Positions 7,831 through 16,992 of a stretch of 64,000 nucleotides of DNA are shown here, piece after piece. Source of the stretch: Gammaproteobacteria bacterium (GTDB taxonomy: Bacteria > Pseudomonadota > Gammaproteobacteria > CAJXQU01); NCBI GenBank assembly GCA_026984775.1, contig JALSRM010000069.1:28939-92938 (forward strand). The letters run 5' to 3'. Numbering within the stretch: position 1 is the stretch's first letter; every line of letters begins with the position of its first letter. A model generated the notes under the pieces. The model was not told where the DNA came from and did not search any database. It saw nothing but the letters and a program-made list of their open reading frames with translations. Made by a program: the position numbers and the translations under genes.

Positions 7831-9009
7831 CTATTTTGACTTAGGACTTCCCTGCCCGTTTTTCATCAGCACTTCGGGGCTGGTACCTGAAGGTAATACC
7901 GATGGTTTATTCTGAGCTTCCTTTTGAGTTGAAATATCCGGCTTTTTACCTTTTTCAATGATCAGCTCATCAAGAGAGCGGCGCAACATTTTGCCCTTGT
8001 AGGCAGGCAGTGCATAGACCCAACCACTGGTTTTTCTGCCAAGTATTTCGGCCTGTTCTTTTGCGGAGGGTTTTTTACTCTTGTTGTCTTTTCCTTCAGA
8101 TCCGGACGATGTCTCCTCTCCCTTGTAATCAAAAGAAAATTCTGCCCAGACCTGATCATCGATCTTTGCAGATTTTACCTTCATCACCAGTCCATCAAAA
8201 GTTTCATAAACCGTAGTCAGGGTTTGGTCCGGCCATTTGAAACTCTTTGCACTGTTGACATCATTGAATTGGAGATCTTCGACCACTGATGCGAGGCTGT
8301 TGACAGTAGTCTGGGAGCGAACTTCATATCCTTCTGGAATATTCTGCAACACATAGTCAACATCATCCTTCTCCTTGCGACTGACCCGTACGGTCTTATC
8401 ACCACCATGTTCAATGGTAATGCTTTTCAACCTGTCTGACGCCAGATCGATGAGACTGTTATCCATCCATTCAACAGGCTCATCAGAAAGAACGACTTTG
8501 CCTTTAACAAGATAGGACTGCTTCTCACCGGCTCTACGCACATAGATAGAGTCGACTGTGCCGTCTGAACGGTTGACACGCTCCTTGCCAATCAAGAGAG
8601 AGGCAAGAATATTTCCATCTTTATCCATCAAGGTTACTTGTCTGGACTTCGCTTTTTTGCTCGTGACATCTTCAACCTGTAGTCGGGAATACAACGCTGG
8701 ATTGGCCGTCTTGGCCTCACGAATTTCGAGTTTACTGATGGCTATCACCAAAGGCTTGATACGATTGACAAGTGCCGGATAGCCACCGCGATTTTTCACT
8801 ACCCACTTGTCCCCCAGCTTCTCCAAGGTAACTGTGTTCTTGCCGGTTTTTATCTCGACGCTCGTAATCTGCTGGATTTGATCTGCCAGTTGAGGAAAAA
8901 GTGGTTCTTTTTCCATCACGGTTTCAGGTGAGCGGTGCTGGACTGAAAACCACGCCGCGATTACAAATAACAGCGTAATAATGGCAAATATAGATAATGA
9001 TTTTTTCAT
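7831..9009 (-). CDS. DUF4340-family protein (partner of GldG-like ABC auxiliary component); N-terminal signal/anchor
   Basis: 392-aa ORF with N-terminal hydrophobic helix MKKSLSIFAIITLLFVIAAW. It is the last gene of the ATPase-permease-GldG operon, the position DUF4340 proteins typically occupy. Confidence 0.6.
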   Translation of the reverse strand: MKKSLSIFAIITLLFVIAAWFSVQHRSPETVMEKEPLFPQLADQIQQITSVEIKTGKNTVTLEKLGDKWVVKNRGGYPALVNRIKPLVIAISKLEIREAKTANPALYSRLQVEDVTSKKAKSRQVTLMDKDGNILASLLIGKERVNRSDGTVDSIYVRRAGEKQSYLVKGKVVLSDEPVEWMDNSLIDLASDRLKSITIEHGGDKTVRVSRKEKDDVDYVLQNIPEGYEVRSQTTVNSLASVVEDLQFNDVNSAKSFKWPDQTLTTVYETFDGLVMKVKSAKIDDQVWAEFSFDYKGEETSSGSEGKDNKSKKPSAKEQAEILGRKTSGWVYALPAYKGKMLRRSLDELIIEKGKKPDISTQKEAQNKPSVLPSGTSPEVLMKNGQGSPKSK

Positions 9010-9012
9010 GGT

Positions 9013-10884
9013 TTATCTACGTGCTTTCCGTTTCATTCTGTTGAACAGTGCCATACCAATCGCCAGCAGGCCGATCAGAATTGGTATCAAGCCAATATTG
9101 TAAAACTTCAACCTGTTACCAAGTTGTTCAATACTTTTGTTGAGATCATGTTGGACATTTCGTAATTCCTTGCGTGTCTTGATCTGCTCCTGTTGGAAGT
9201 TTTCGATCGCCTTGCGTTGTTCGGGACTGAGCAAAACACCACCTTTCTCGGAACTCTGGAACTGCAGCTGGCTGATCTTCTCTTCGGTTTCCTTTAGCTT
9301 GGCTTGAAGGGCCTGTTCTCGTGCACGAAACTTCTTCTCGGCTTCCAGTTTTAATTCCTCGACCTTGGTGAACGGTCGTGCATACTGACTGCGACTACGC
9401 AAACTGATCAAATCCTTATTACCACCCAGAACATCGATACTGTTAAGCAAGAATTTCGCATTGTCAGCATGCGGACGTGGCACCCGTTGTCCCATAAAAT
9501 TCTGGAATTGCACCCAGAAGCGATCAGTAAGAATATCAGTATCTGCCACCACGACGATATTGATATCCTCTTTTGACTCCTGGACAAAGGTTGGATCCTT
9601 TTCATCGGACGCAGGCCGTCCTTCTGGATAGGCGGTCTCCACCTTGCCTGTGATTCGTGCAGCAATCACCAGTTCCTTGCCACCCGGTTTGAACTGATCT
9701 ACGAGTACCGAAGGATCCCGTACAAACATAATCGCATCCCTTTCGTAGGGCATGGATTTTTTACTGGTAAAGATCAGTGGTGTAAACGTTGTCTTGGCAT
9801 CTTTCACAGGTTCAAGAAAGCCAGCCGTACCAAGATTGATCAACTGGAGCTGGTTGGTTGAGAAATCATCTTTGTTGAAATGTTCCGGCCCCAGTCTCAA
9901 CCAGGGAATATAGGCAATTTCCTTCGGCCCACGTGGATTTCTTGACTGGACTCTGATCGAGGCATCAAGATCGCCTGCAATTTTTTCTGGATTGAATTCG
10001 ATACCCCATTTATCAAACAGTACTGGCATTTCTGAAAAAATCTGAGGCATGACCATCTGGTTGGTTGGATCGGGCATGGTTTGGTCCGATTCTGCCATGG
10101 GATCGACAAAGATCATCGCCTTTCCACCCTTGAGAATGAACTGGTCGATGGCGTAGAGGGTTTTATCCTTGAGTTTCTTCGGGTGAATCACCAGCAAGGT
10201 ATCGATCTCGGGCTCGATGTAACCTACCCTGACGCCAAGATCTCGCACCTGATATTCACTGCGAAGCATGTCGATAACCGCCCAGGCAGATGAGACTGGA
10301 CGTCCATCCGGCCCATTCTGGCCAAAAACTGGCAGACTGCTGATCACACCGATCACCCGATCTTTCGGATTGGCGAGTTGATAGACCATCTTGGTCAGAT
10401 CATATTCCAGCGACTGTTCCTTTTCCGGCTGAAAAAAGGGAATCGTGATCTCGTCATCCGTGGTGTTGGTACCAACCAGGCCGAAATAGGCATGTTCTCC
10501 ATTACCTCCCATCGGAAGAGGGTGCAGCCCATAACTAACAGCCTCATCTTCAAGATCAGAAAAGGGTTCTGGTTCTGCTACGATCAGCTTTATTTTGCCA
10601 TTTGCAGCTTTTGTGTATTCCTCCAGCATGTCACGCACCCGCGTACCATAGTTCCTCAGGGTTGGAATATCGTTGAGCAACTTGTTGGAAAAATAAAAAC
10701 GCAGTGTGATGGGTTCTTTCAGATCATGGAGAATGTTCTGCGTTCCCTTGGACAGGGTAAACAGTTTGTTCTCAGTCATATCCAACCGCCAGGACGTCAA
10801 TGTGCCACTGACAAGAATGTTAACCGCGAGAAATAGTACTATCGCAAGTCCGAGACTGATTAATGTGATGACCTTCTTACTCAT
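9013..10884 (-). CDS. GldG-like ABC-transport auxiliary component (ABC_transp_aux family)
   Basis: 623-aa ORF with N-terminal and C-terminal TM helices and a large periplasmic domain. It lies immediately downstream of the ABC-2 permease with a 4-nt gap. Confidence 0.65.
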   Translation of the reverse strand: MSKKVITLISLGLAIVLFLAVNILVSGTLTSWRLDMTENKLFTLSKGTQNILHDLKEPITLRFYFSNKLLNDIPTLRNYGTRVRDMLEEYTKAANGKIKLIVAEPEPFSDLEDEAVSYGLHPLPMGGNGEHAYFGLVGTNTTDDEITIPFFQPEKEQSLEYDLTKMVYQLANPKDRVIGVISSLPVFGQNGPDGRPVSSAWAVIDMLRSEYQVRDLGVRVGYIEPEIDTLLVIHPKKLKDKTLYAIDQFILKGGKAMIFVDPMAESDQTMPDPTNQMVMPQIFSEMPVLFDKWGIEFNPEKIAGDLDASIRVQSRNPRGPKEIAYIPWLRLGPEHFNKDDFSTNQLQLINLGTAGFLEPVKDAKTTFTPLIFTSKKSMPYERDAIMFVRDPSVLVDQFKPGGKELVIAARITGKVETAYPEGRPASDEKDPTFVQESKEDINIVVVADTDILTDRFWVQFQNFMGQRVPRPHADNAKFLLNSIDVLGGNKDLISLRSRSQYARPFTKVEELKLEAEKKFRAREQALQAKLKETEEKISQLQFQSSEKGGVLLSPEQRKAIENFQQEQIKTRKELRNVQHDLNKSIEQLGNRLKFYNIGLIPILIGLLAIGMALFNRMKRKARR

Positions 10885-10887
10885 GGT

Positions 10888-11637
10888 TTAACTTGCCTTC
10901 TTAGTATCGATTGCGAGCGTATTGAGATACAGCCACAGTATGATCAACGATGCAAAAAAGATGATGTCGCGGAGATCGATCACCCCTTTCATGATGGAAT
11001 TGAAATGGCTCAGAAAACTGAACGAACTGATCGCATCCAGTATGGACTGAGGTGCCCAGCCACGGAAGAAATCCAGTACCAGTGGGAACCCGCTGAGAAT
11101 AAACAGAAAACAGATCACAACACTGATAACAAAGGCAATTACCTGATTTTTCGTCAGTGCAGAGATACAGGAACCAATGGCGAGAAAACCACCTGCCATC
11201 AACAGACTGCCGATATAGCTGACCAAAATGACCGTGTTATCAGGATCACCGAGGTAATTGACTGTGATCCAAATGGGAAATGTAAGCGCCAAGGCAATCG
11301 CGGTAAAGAACCATGCAGCAAGATATTTTCCAATTACTGCCTCGGTCAAAGTGACGGGTAGAGTCATCAGCAGTTCAATCGTCCCAGTCTTGCGTTCTTC
11401 TGACCACAAGCGCATGGAAATCGCTGGAATAAGAAACAGGTAGAGCCACGGATGAAAGCTGAAGAACGGGATCAAATCCGCCTGATTGCTTTCGTAAAAA
11501 CCACCGATATAAAAAGTAAAGATACCGGTCAGAAAAAGAAAAATTACAATAAAAACATAAGCAACGGGGGTTGAGAAATAGGCCTTGAGCTCACGCCTGA
11601 AAATGGCCCCAACATTGTTCAAGAAAGAACTGCTCAT
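10888..11637 (-). CDS. ABC-2 family transporter permease (GldF-like)
   Basis: 249-aa polytopic membrane protein with six predicted TM segments. Its start overlaps the stop of the upstream ATPase gene. Confidence 0.75.
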   Translation of the reverse strand: MSSSFLNNVGAIFRRELKAYFSTPVAYVFIVIFLFLTGIFTFYIGGFYESNQADLIPFFSFHPWLYLFLIPAISMRLWSEERKTGTIELLMTLPVTLTEAVIGKYLAAWFFTAIALALTFPIWITVNYLGDPDNTVILVSYIGSLLMAGGFLAIGSCISALTKNQVIAFVISVVICFLFILSGFPLVLDFFRGWAPQSILDAISSFSFLSHFNSIMKGVIDLRDIIFFASLIILWLYLNTLAIDTKKAS

Positions 11638-12611
11638 GTCAGATGCTCCTCTTCTGTCAGTTTATCCGGCGCTCCGATGGTGACGTCCCGGAATACCTCG
11701 TCAATACGGCCCGTTTCAACCATCAATTGACTGATCTCCCAACCCTTCTCATGTGCCAAATCACTGATGGTTGCAACGATACTCTGCCCATCCTTCGGGA
11801 TGATCAGCAGTTGTGACAAACCGGCAGGCAATTCTTCGATCTCTACTGACAATACACTGGGGAGGTCTAAAAGCACCATCCGTGCAGCTTCACATTGCCC
11901 TGTATTCATTACCAACGCTACTGCATTGTGGTATTTCGATTTCGCGATCAGTTCAGTCGGAGTTCCGTCAAACAACAGTTTGCCCTTGGCTATAATGATG
12001 GCACGATCACAAACGGCATCGACCTCTTCGAGAATGTGAGTGGAGATGATAATCGCCTTGTCTTTTGCCATTTCCTTGATCAGTGTTCTAACTTCGTGCT
12101 TCTGATTGGGATCAAGCCCATCCGTTGGCTCGTCCATGATCAGGACTTCTGGATCGTGAAGTATGGCCTGGGCCATGCCTACCCTTCGCTTAAAGCCTTT
12201 TGAAAGCGTCTCGATCGGCTGTTCCATCACTCCTTCAATATGGATTTTCTTCACCACATCATCGATCCGCTCCTTCCGGTTACTCCCTTTGAGACCACGA
12301 ATATCCGCAATGAAATTGAGAAAGGAACGCGGTGTCATTTCTCCGTAGGCAGGTGCACCCTCCGGCAGATAACCCAAGACCCGTTTTGCTGCGATTGGCT
12401 CTTCACGAACGTCATGACCACACAGGCTAACCGTCCCCCGGGTTGGTTCGAGAAAACCAGTGATCATTTTCATGGTTGTCGATTTACCGGCACCGTTAGG
12501 GCCCAAAAAGCCGAGAACCTCACCACGCCTGACGGTGAAGGAAACATTGTCCACCGCACGTAGTGAACCGAAATCCTTGACAAGATTATTAACTTCTATC
12601 GCATTTTCCAT
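11634..12611 (-). CDS. ABC transporter ATP-binding protein (GldA-like)
   Basis: Walker A GPNGAGKST, signature LSKGFKRRVGMAQAI, Walker B LIMDEPTDGLD. 325 aa. Confidence 0.9.
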   Translation of the reverse strand: MENAIEVNNLVKDFGSLRAVDNVSFTVRRGEVLGFLGPNGAGKSTTMKMITGFLEPTRGTVSLCGHDVREEPIAAKRVLGYLPEGAPAYGEMTPRSFLNFIADIRGLKGSNRKERIDDVVKKIHIEGVMEQPIETLSKGFKRRVGMAQAILHDPEVLIMDEPTDGLDPNQKHEVRTLIKEMAKDKAIIISTHILEEVDAVCDRAIIIAKGKLLFDGTPTELIAKSKYHNAVALVMNTGQCEAARMVLLDLPSVLSVEIEELPAGLSQLLIIPKDGQSIVATISDLAHEKGWEISQLMVETGRIDEVFRDVTIGAPDKLTEEEHLT

Positions 12612-12740
12612 AAGGGTAATGTAGGCAATTATTATATTTAGCCAGATTCGTTCTTATTTTTGCCGGCAGTTTAAGAGGCGCATTATTTTCCACACAAAAA
12701 AATTGCCGTCAATATACACAGTGAGTAACGACAACTATAC

Positions 12741-14153
12741 TCAGGAATTGTTCCGGGCTGGCATAAAACGGATTGCCAGAACGATCAATAAAATAACCGG
12801 TAGACCCAGCAATGCCGTTCCAGCAAAGAACCTTGCATAACCGATGTTGTCAACAACCAGTCCAGAAAACCCGGCGATAAACTTCGGCAACAGCAACATT
12901 ATTGAGCTGAACAGCGCATATTGTGTTGCCGAATACGCAACGTTCGTCAAGCTGGACATGTAGGCAACAAATGCAGCGGTTGCAATCCCGGCACTGAAAT
13001 TATCAAACGATATCACGCCAGCCAGCCACCAGATGTTATGTCCAATGCCGGCAAGGAGAGAAAACAGCAAATTACTTCCAGCGGAGAGTATAGCACCCAG
13101 CATCAGGATTGGCATAACGCCCCAACGCACAATCATCATACCACCCGCCCCGGCCCCCACGATGGTCATGACCACACCATACACCTTGGTAATACTGGCA
13201 ACCTCACCCTTGGTGAACCCCATGTCGTAATAAAAGGGGTTGGCCATGATGCCAAGAACAACATCCGAAATACGATAGGTTCCGATCAGAAACAGAATCA
13301 CAACCGCCCGCCAACGGTAACGTTTCAGGAAGTCCCAAAAAGGGCTGATGATTGCATCCAAAAACCAACTCAGAAATGCGGTGATCGATTGCGGAAGTTG
13401 TGGGTATCGAGCCATCCAGACAGCAAATTTTTTTCTGCGACGCTCCACATCCTCACTGATGCTGACCTCGGGTTCGGAGATCATGAACGTCGTAACGATA
13501 CCGACCAACATGCAACAGGCCATGCAAAGATATGCGATTTTCCATGGTCGCTGCTCATAACTCGATTCACCGGGATCAAACCACGCAGCTATAGCCAGTG
13601 CTCCCGCCGATGCCAAGATCATCGCCAAACGGTAACCCGTCATATAACTTGCTGACATCGCACCTTGCAACTTCTCTGGTACAGCTTCGATACGGTAGGC
13701 ATCGAGGCTAATATCCTGAGTAGCTGAGGCAAAGGCAACGGCCAGCGCAAACAGCGCCATTAACCTTAGATCAACAGCAGGATCGGTGGTTGCCATTCCG
13801 ACCAAACCTATGAAAATAGCCACTTGGGAAAACAACAGCCAGCTCCTTCGCCGGCCCAAAACTCTACTCAACAAAGGTAAAGGCATACGATCGACCAATG
13901 GCGACCAGCACCATTTCAATGCATAGGCAAGACCAATCCAACTGAAAAAACCTATTGTCGTGCGAGATATTCCTGCTTCCCGCAACCAAAAAGAGAGCGT
14001 ACCGAAGACAAGCAGAAGAGGTAGTCCTGCCGAAAACCCGAGAAACAGCATGCCAACGACACGAGGATTTTTATAGATTGAAAAGGCTTCGCGCCATCTG
14101 CGTATTGTAAGAAGACCCATGATGTTCGCATCATAATCGAAACCCGCCCCCAA
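12741..14153 (-). CDS. ampG: MFS muropeptide permease AmpG
   Basis: The N-terminal region GMLFLGFSAGLPLLLVFGTLSFWLREAGISRTTIGFFSWIGLAYALKWCWSPLVDR...LGRRRSWLL closely parallels E. coli AmpG. 12-14 TM helices. The true start may be the internal Met at 14120. Confidence 0.8.
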   Translation of the reverse strand: MGAGFDYDANIMGLLTIRRWREAFSIYKNPRVVGMLFLGFSAGLPLLLVFGTLSFWLREAGISRTTIGFFSWIGLAYALKWCWSPLVDRMPLPLLSRVLGRRRSWLLFSQVAIFIGLVGMATTDPAVDLRLMALFALAVAFASATQDISLDAYRIEAVPEKLQGAMSASYMTGYRLAMILASAGALAIAAWFDPGESSYEQRPWKIAYLCMACCMLVGIVTTFMISEPEVSISEDVERRRKKFAVWMARYPQLPQSITAFLSWFLDAIISPFWDFLKRYRWRAVVILFLIGTYRISDVVLGIMANPFYYDMGFTKGEVASITKVYGVVMTIVGAGAGGMMIVRWGVMPILMLGAILSAGSNLLFSLLAGIGHNIWWLAGVISFDNFSAGIATAAFVAYMSSLTNVAYSATQYALFSSIMLLLPKFIAGFSGLVVDNIGYARFFAGTALLGLPVILLIVLAIRFMPARNNS

Positions 14154-14267
14154 ACACTACAGAACCCCATTGAAACAAATTGTCAAAATTTTGTCTCTCC
14201 GGTTGAAAATACTGTAGTTTAGCCATAGACTTGTCCCCGTACTCATCAACTAAAAGGAAGAAAGAAC

Positions 14268-15014
14268 ATGAAAAGGACTTTTTTAACTGGGCTTGCTCTA
14301 GCCACACTTATTGCATCAGGCACTGCTTCTGCAGAATATGATCTTGAAGACAACTATATCGGTGGCAGCGATCCACGTGATGTCATTGGGTCAGATGCCA
14401 TTTTCAATACCCTGGGGCTCAATGCTTCAATTACAGGCTCAATCCTCAATGTTGATATCTATACCAACTTCGCTGGGTATGGTGACAACGGTCTCTATTC
14501 TGGTATAACAAATACAGAAGCCAGCGGCTGGGGTAACGGTATAGGCTATGGTGACCTGTTCCTGTCATCTGCCGGTTCCATTGGTGAATGGGAATACGGT
14601 TTTTCTCTCGATAATCGCTGGAGCGAAACAGGGGGATCGGGAAGTCTCTACCTGCTGAATGGACCCAATTTCCTCTACAGTGACGACTTCATCTCTACTT
14701 CAGGTGGTTATCGTACTGGTCATGAAGTCGCCGTTGATACCAGTGCTGCCGATGTTGAAATGGTTGGATACGGCAGCTGGTCCGTCGATAAAAACAATGG
14801 AGTCATCAGCTTTGCCATCCAGATGGAAGATACTGGACTGCCTTACGATAACGGCTTTACATTTGGTTGGGGCATGACCTGTGCCAACGACGTAATACAG
14901 GGTACGGTAGAAATGGATAATTCTGTCGATGTTCCTGAACCCGGCGCCCTCGGGCTTGTGGGTATCGGTTTGATTGGTACATTGGTTGGCCGACGCCGTA
15001 GAAAGGCTGTCTGA
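14268..15014 (+). CDS. PEP-CTERM-anchored secreted protein (putative exosortase substrate), Gly/Ser/Asp/Tyr-rich
   Basis: Signal peptide MKRTFLTGLALATLIASGTASA. The C-terminus VPEPGALGLVGIGLIGTLVGRRRRKAV has the PEP motif, a TM helix and an Arg-rich tail. AGGAAG SD upstream of the ATG. Confidence 0.75.
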   Translation: MKRTFLTGLALATLIASGTASAEYDLEDNYIGGSDPRDVIGSDAIFNTLGLNASITGSILNVDIYTNFAGYGDNGLYSGITNTEASGWGNGIGYGDLFLSSAGSIGEWEYGFSLDNRWSETGGSGSLYLLNGPNFLYSDDFISTSGGYRTGHEVAVDTSAADVEMVGYGSWSVDKNNGVISFAIQMEDTGLPYDNGFTFGWGMTCANDVIQGTVEMDNSVDVPEPGALGLVGIGLIGTLVGRRRRKAV

Positions 15015-15079
15015 TCAGGATCACCTCAATTTATAAGGTCTCTGATTACGTCTTGATTTAAAGACTCCTGTTAAAAGAA

Positions 15080-15118
15080 CCGCTGCCTGGCAGTCTGCTA
15101 GGTGGCGGTTTTCTTTGT
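15080..15118 (+). terminator. Putative bidirectional intrinsic terminator between convergent PEP-CTERM gene and tsaD
   Basis: Imperfect inverted repeat CCGCTGCCTGGCAGTCTGCTAGGTGGCGG followed by TTTTCTTTGTTG. Confidence 0.4.
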
Positions 15119-15154
15119 TGCAGAAATCGCCCTGATCAGAATGTGAATAGGCCA

Positions 15155-16177
15155 TCAGGAATTCTCCGGGAGATGTGCTGGTGGCTGCAACTCATCTAGA
15201 GACCAGCGAGGTCTGGCACCAAAACTCAATCCTTTTTGCTCACCAGCCACGAGCCTGATCGCTCCAGCATAGGCAATCATCGCACCATTATCAGTACAAA
15301 ACTCCAGCCGCGGATAAAAAACATCAGCTTCTAGATCACGAAAACGAGCCCGAAGTTGTCTGTTAGCGCTTACTCCGCCTGCAACCACAAGGTGTCGTAG
15401 GCCAGTCTGCTGTATTGCTCGCTGGCATTTTATGAACAGAGTGTCGAACACTGCCTCAGAGAATGCTCTGGCAATGTCTGCCTTAGTCTGTTGATCCTGC
15501 CTCGACTCTTCCCAGGTATTCTTCGCGAAGGTCTTCAATCCACTGAAACTGAAATCAAGTCCGGGACGATTAATCATGGGCCGGGGAAAATTGTAGATAC
15601 CTGCGTGACCTTCTCTTGCAATTTTTTCGATTACAGGCCCTCCCGGATATCCCAGACCGAGCAGTTTCGCAGTCTTGTCGAAAGCCTCACCCACCGCATC
15701 ATCCAGAGACTCTCCCATAATTGTGTATCGCCCCACGGCTTCTACTTTAACCAGTTGTGTATGTCCACCTGAGACCAAGAGAGCGATAAAGGGAAACTTT
15801 GGCTTCTCCTCTTCAAGCATACATGCAAGCAGATGACCTTCCATGTGGTGGATTCCGACGGCAGGGATCTGCAAACTCCAGGAAAGCCCATGAGCAACAG
15901 AAATACCTACCAACAGAGCGCCTACCAACCCCGGTCCTTCAGTATAGGCTATTCCATCAATCGCGTTGAAGTGAATGTTCGCTTCGTCGGAAACCTCTTT
16001 TATCAAAGGTACAATCCTTCTGATATGGTCACGGGATGCCAACTCCGGAACAACACCACCGAAGTGAGCATGCATATCTACCTGACTGAACAGGGCGTGA
16101 GATAACAAGCCTTGATCGGTATCATAAATAGCAACCCCTGTCTCGTCGCAGGATGTTTCAATACCTAAAATGCGCAT
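15155..16177 (-). CDS. tsaD: tRNA N6-adenosine threonylcarbamoyltransferase TsaD
   Basis: [19 protein letters not shown]... with metal-binding His motifs (HHMEGH). Divergent from rpsU as in E. coli. Confidence 0.95.
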   Translation of the reverse strand: MRILGIETSCDETGVAIYDTDQGLLSHALFSQVDMHAHFGGVVPELASRDHIRRIVPLIKEVSDEANIHFNAIDGIAYTEGPGLVGALLVGISVAHGLSWSLQIPAVGIHHMEGHLLACMLEEEKPKFPFIALLVSGGHTQLVKVEAVGRYTIMGESLDDAVGEAFDKTAKLLGLGYPGGPVIEKIAREGHAGIYNFPRPMINRPGLDFSFSGLKTFAKNTWEESRQDQQTKADIARAFSEAVFDTLFIKCQRAIQQTGLRHLVVAGGVSANRQLRARFRDLEADVFYPRLEFCTDNGAMIAYAGAIRLVAGEQKGLSFGARPRWSLDELQPPAHLPENS

Positions 16178-16265
16178 ACTCTTTGCTTTTCTCCTCTTTA
16201 GCCACTAGAATAATGCGCCTTTTCATCTTTGTGAAACTTTATTTTTAGACTAACAGGAATAACGA

Positions 16266-16481
16266 ATGCCATCAGTTAAGGTAAGAGAAAACGAACCTTT
16301 TGACATTGCACTGCGCCGCTTCAAACGTGCGTGCGAGAAAGCGGGTATCCTTGCGGAAGTCCACCGCCGTGAATTCTATGAGAAACCCGCACAGGAAAGA
16401 AAACGTAAAGCTGCTGCTGCGATCAAACGCTGGCAGAAAAAGGCCTCCAGAAACAGCCTGCAAAGAAAACGCTTGTACTAA
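16266..16481 (+). CDS. rpsU: 30S ribosomal protein S21
   Basis: [41 protein letters not shown]... 71 aa. Confidence 0.95.
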   Translation: MPSVKVRENEPFDIALRRFKRACEKAGILAEVHRREFYEKPAQERKRKAAAAIKRWQKKASRNSLQRKRLY

Positions 16482-16497
16482 GCGACAGTCCAACACA

Positions 16498-16950
16498 ATG
16501 ACCTGTGAACTGAAGCAACGTCTAAATGATGACGTCAAAGTCGCCATGCGTGCCAAAGACAAAACGCGCCTTGGTGTTCTGCGTCTGATCACTGCTGCCA
16601 TCAAACAGAGAGAGGTCGATGAGCGTATCGAGCTTGATGATACCGGTATCACTGCAATTCTGGACAAAATGGCCAAACAGCGCCGTGAGTCTATAGAACA
16701 GTATGAAAAAGCCGCACGCCAGGATCTGGCTGATCAGGAAAAATTTGAGCTGGAAATTATTACATCCTATTTGCCCGAACCACTTACAGAAGCAGAGATC
16801 CAGCAGATGATAGAGAACGTGATCACTAACACTGGTGCGTCAGAAATGAAAGACATGGGCAAGGTCATGGCCGCACTCAAACCTGAACTGCAGGGCCGTG
16901 CCGACATGGCACAGGTCAGTTCACTGATCAAACAACGCCTAAGTCGCTAA
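16498..16950 (+). CDS. GatB/YqeY domain protein
   Basis: MTCELKQRLNDDVKVAMRAKDKTRLGVLRLITAAIKQREVDE... 150 aa. The ORF-track 16300 start overlaps rpsU and is an upstream extension. The ATG at 16498 is the plausible start. Confidence 0.8.
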   Translation: MTCELKQRLNDDVKVAMRAKDKTRLGVLRLITAAIKQREVDERIELDDTGITAILDKMAKQRRESIEQYEKAARQDLADQEKFELEIITSYLPEPLTEAEIQQMIENVITNTGASEMKDMGKVMAALKPELQGRADMAQVSSLIKQRLSR

Positions 16951-16992
16951 CAATCATTCTCCTCTCTATGGCATAGCGGTTATACTGGCGCT

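Noticed and set aside
16300-16950. 216-aa ORF overlapping rpsU in another frame
   Set aside because: The first 66 residues overlap the rpsU coding sequence. The conserved GatB/YqeY protein begins at the internal ATG 16498, right after the rpsU stop.
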